Below, piece by piece: positions 61,627 to 64,000 of a stretch of 64,000 bases of DNA. The DNA is from Tubiluchus corallicola. Taxonomy: Eukaryota > Animalia > Priapulida. Within the stretch, counting starts at the first letter, position 1. Each line of letters opens with the position of its first letter. The stretch spans positions 253,411-317,410 of the forward strand of contig JAQGDQ010000261.1 of assembly GCA_030141605.1 (NCBI GenBank). Reading direction: 5' to 3'. The notes under the pieces were generated by a model, which was not told where the DNA came from, did no database searches, and worked only from the letters and a program-made list of their open reading frames with translations. The position numbers were made by a program, and so were the translations under genes.

Positions 61627-64000
61627 TAGGTCCTCTGAAGTACTTATATTGTACATAATTGTGCATAGAGGTTATGCTTATATAGTTCCTCTAAAGTACT
61701 TATATTGTACATAACTGTGCATAGAGGTTATCCATATATAGGTCCTCTAAAGTACTTATATAGTACATAACTGTGCATAGAGGTTATCCATATATAGTTC
61801 CTCTAAAGTACTTATATAATACATAATTGTGCATAGAGGTTAACCTTATATAGGTCCTCTAAAGTACTTATATAGTACATAACTGTGCATAGAGGTTATC
61901 CTTATATAGGTCCTCTAAAGTACTTATATAGTACATAACTGTGCATAGAGGTTATCCATATATAGTTCCTCTAAAGTACTTATATAGTACATAACTGTGT
62001 ATAGAGGTTATCCATATATAGGTCCTACAAAGTACTTATATAGTACTTAACTGTACATAGAGGTTATCCATATATAGGTCCTCTGAAGTACTTATGTAGT
62101 ACATAACTGTGCATAGACGTGCATAGAGGTTATCCTTACATAGGTCCTCTAAAGTACTTATATAGTACATAACTGTGCATAGAGGTTATCCATATATAGT
62201 TCCTCTAAAGTACTTATATAATACATAATTGTGCATAGAGGTTATCCATATATAGGTCCTCTGAAGTACTTGTATAGTACATAACTGTGCATAGAGGTTA
62301 TCCATATATAGTTCCTCTAAAGTACTTATATAGTACATAACTGTGCATAGAGGTTATCCATATATAGTTCCTCTGAAGTACTTATATGGTACATAACTGT
62401 GCATAGACGTGCATAGAGGTTATCCATATATAGGTCCCCTGAAGTACTTATATAGTACATAACTGTGCATAGACGTGCATAGAGGTTATCCATATATAGG
62501 TCCTCTGAAGTACTTATATAGTACATAACTGTGCATAGACGTGCATAGAGGTTATCCTTACATAGGTCCTCTAAAGTACTTATATAGTACGTAACTGTGC
62601 ATAGAGGTTATCCTTATATAGGTCCTCTAAAGTACTTATATAATACATAATTGTGCATAGAGGTTATCCATATATAGGTCCTCTGAAGTACTTATATAGT
62701 ACATAACTGTGCATAGAGGTTATCCATATATAGGTCCTCTGAAGTACTTATGTAGTACATAACTGTGCATAGACGTGCATAGAGGTTGTCCTTACATAGG
62801 TCCTCTAAAGTACTTATATAGTACATAACTGTGTATAGAGGTTATCCATATATAGGTCCTCTGAAGTACTTATGTAGTACATAACTGTGCATAGAGGTTA
62901 TCCTTATATAGGTCCTCTAAAGTACTTATATAGTACGTAACTGTGCATAGAGGTTATCCTTATATAGGTCCTCTAAAGTACTTATATAGTACATAACTGT
63001 GCATAGAGGTTGTCCTTATATAGGTCCTCTAAAGTACTTATGTAGTACTTAACTGTGCATAGAGGTTATCCTTATATAGGTCCTCTAAAATACTTATGTA
63101 GTACATAACTGTGCATAGAGGTTATCCTTATATAGGTCCTCTAAAGTACTTATATAGTACGTAACTGTGCATAGAGGTTATGCTTATATAGTTCCTCTAA
63201 AGTACTTATATAGTACGTAACTGTGCATAGAGGTTATGCTTATATATACGTCCTCTAAAGTACTTATATAGTACGTAACTGTGCATAGAGTTTATCCATA
63301 TATACGTCCTCTAAAGTACTTATACAGTACGTAACTGTGCATAGAGGTTATCCATATATAGTTCCTCTAAAGTACTTATATAATACATAATTGTGCATAG
63401 AGGTTATCCATATATAGGTCCTCTGAAGTACTTGTATAGTACATAACTGTGCATAGACGTGCATAGAGGTTGTCCTTACATAGGTCCTCTAAAGTACTTA
63501 TGTAGTACATAACTGTGTATAGAGGTTATCCATATATAGGTCCTCTGAAGTACTTATATAGTACATAACTGTGCATAGACGTGCATAGAGGTTGTCCTTA
63601 CATAGGTCCTCTAAAGTACTTATATAGTACATAACTGTGTATAGAGGTTATCCATATATAGGTCCTCTAAAGTACTTATATAGTACATAACTGTGCATAG
63701 AGGTTGTCCTTATATAGGTCCTCTAAAGTACTTATATAGTACATAACTGTGCATAGAGGTTGTCCTTATATAGGTCCTCTAAAGTACTTATATAGTACAT
63801 AACTGTGCATAGAGGTTGTCCTTATATAGGTCCTCTAAAGTACTTATATAGTACATAACTGTGCATAGAGGTTATGCTTATATAGGTCCTCTAAAGTACT
63901 TATATAGTACATAACTGTGCAGAGAGGTTATCCTTATATAGGTCCTCTGAAGTACTTATATAGTACGTAACTGTGCATAGAGGTTATGCTTATATAGGTC
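61627..64000. repeat. 56-bp satellite (runs off the window end)
   Basis: TAGGTCCTCTAAAGTACTTATATAGTACATAACTGTGCATAGAGGTTATCCTTATA; some units carry a 10-bp CGTGCATAGA duplication. Confidence 0.96.

Overview
AT-rich animal genomic DNA, probably from an invertebrate (inferred from gene structure and repeat types). It is not prokaryotic and contains no CRISPR array. The main gene is a minus-strand junctophilin. I reconstructed four in-phase coding exons (59975-59156, 51734-51616, 40369-39006, 38034-37948) running from the MORN repeats to the C-terminal membrane anchor; the first exon is not in the window. A probable terminal exon of an unrelated plus-strand membrane-protein gene lies at 5037-5308. 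A junctophilin intron holds a near-intact Gmr1-like Ty3/Gypsy LTR retrotransposon (integrase upstream of RT) inserted in a 44-bp satellite, and that satellite is a tandem amplification of the intron's own 5' splice site. Roughly a third of the window (about 23 kb by hand count) is about 17 mutually unrelated minisatellite families with 20-146 bp units. Several demonstrably arose from local sequence: a splice donor, a transposon end and a palindrome. The rest is intronic or intergenic DNA with many MITEs, a foldback element and a tRNA-derived SINE. Most ORFs in the supplied track are repeat artefacts. Coordinates and copy numbers were counted by hand, so array edges are approximate.
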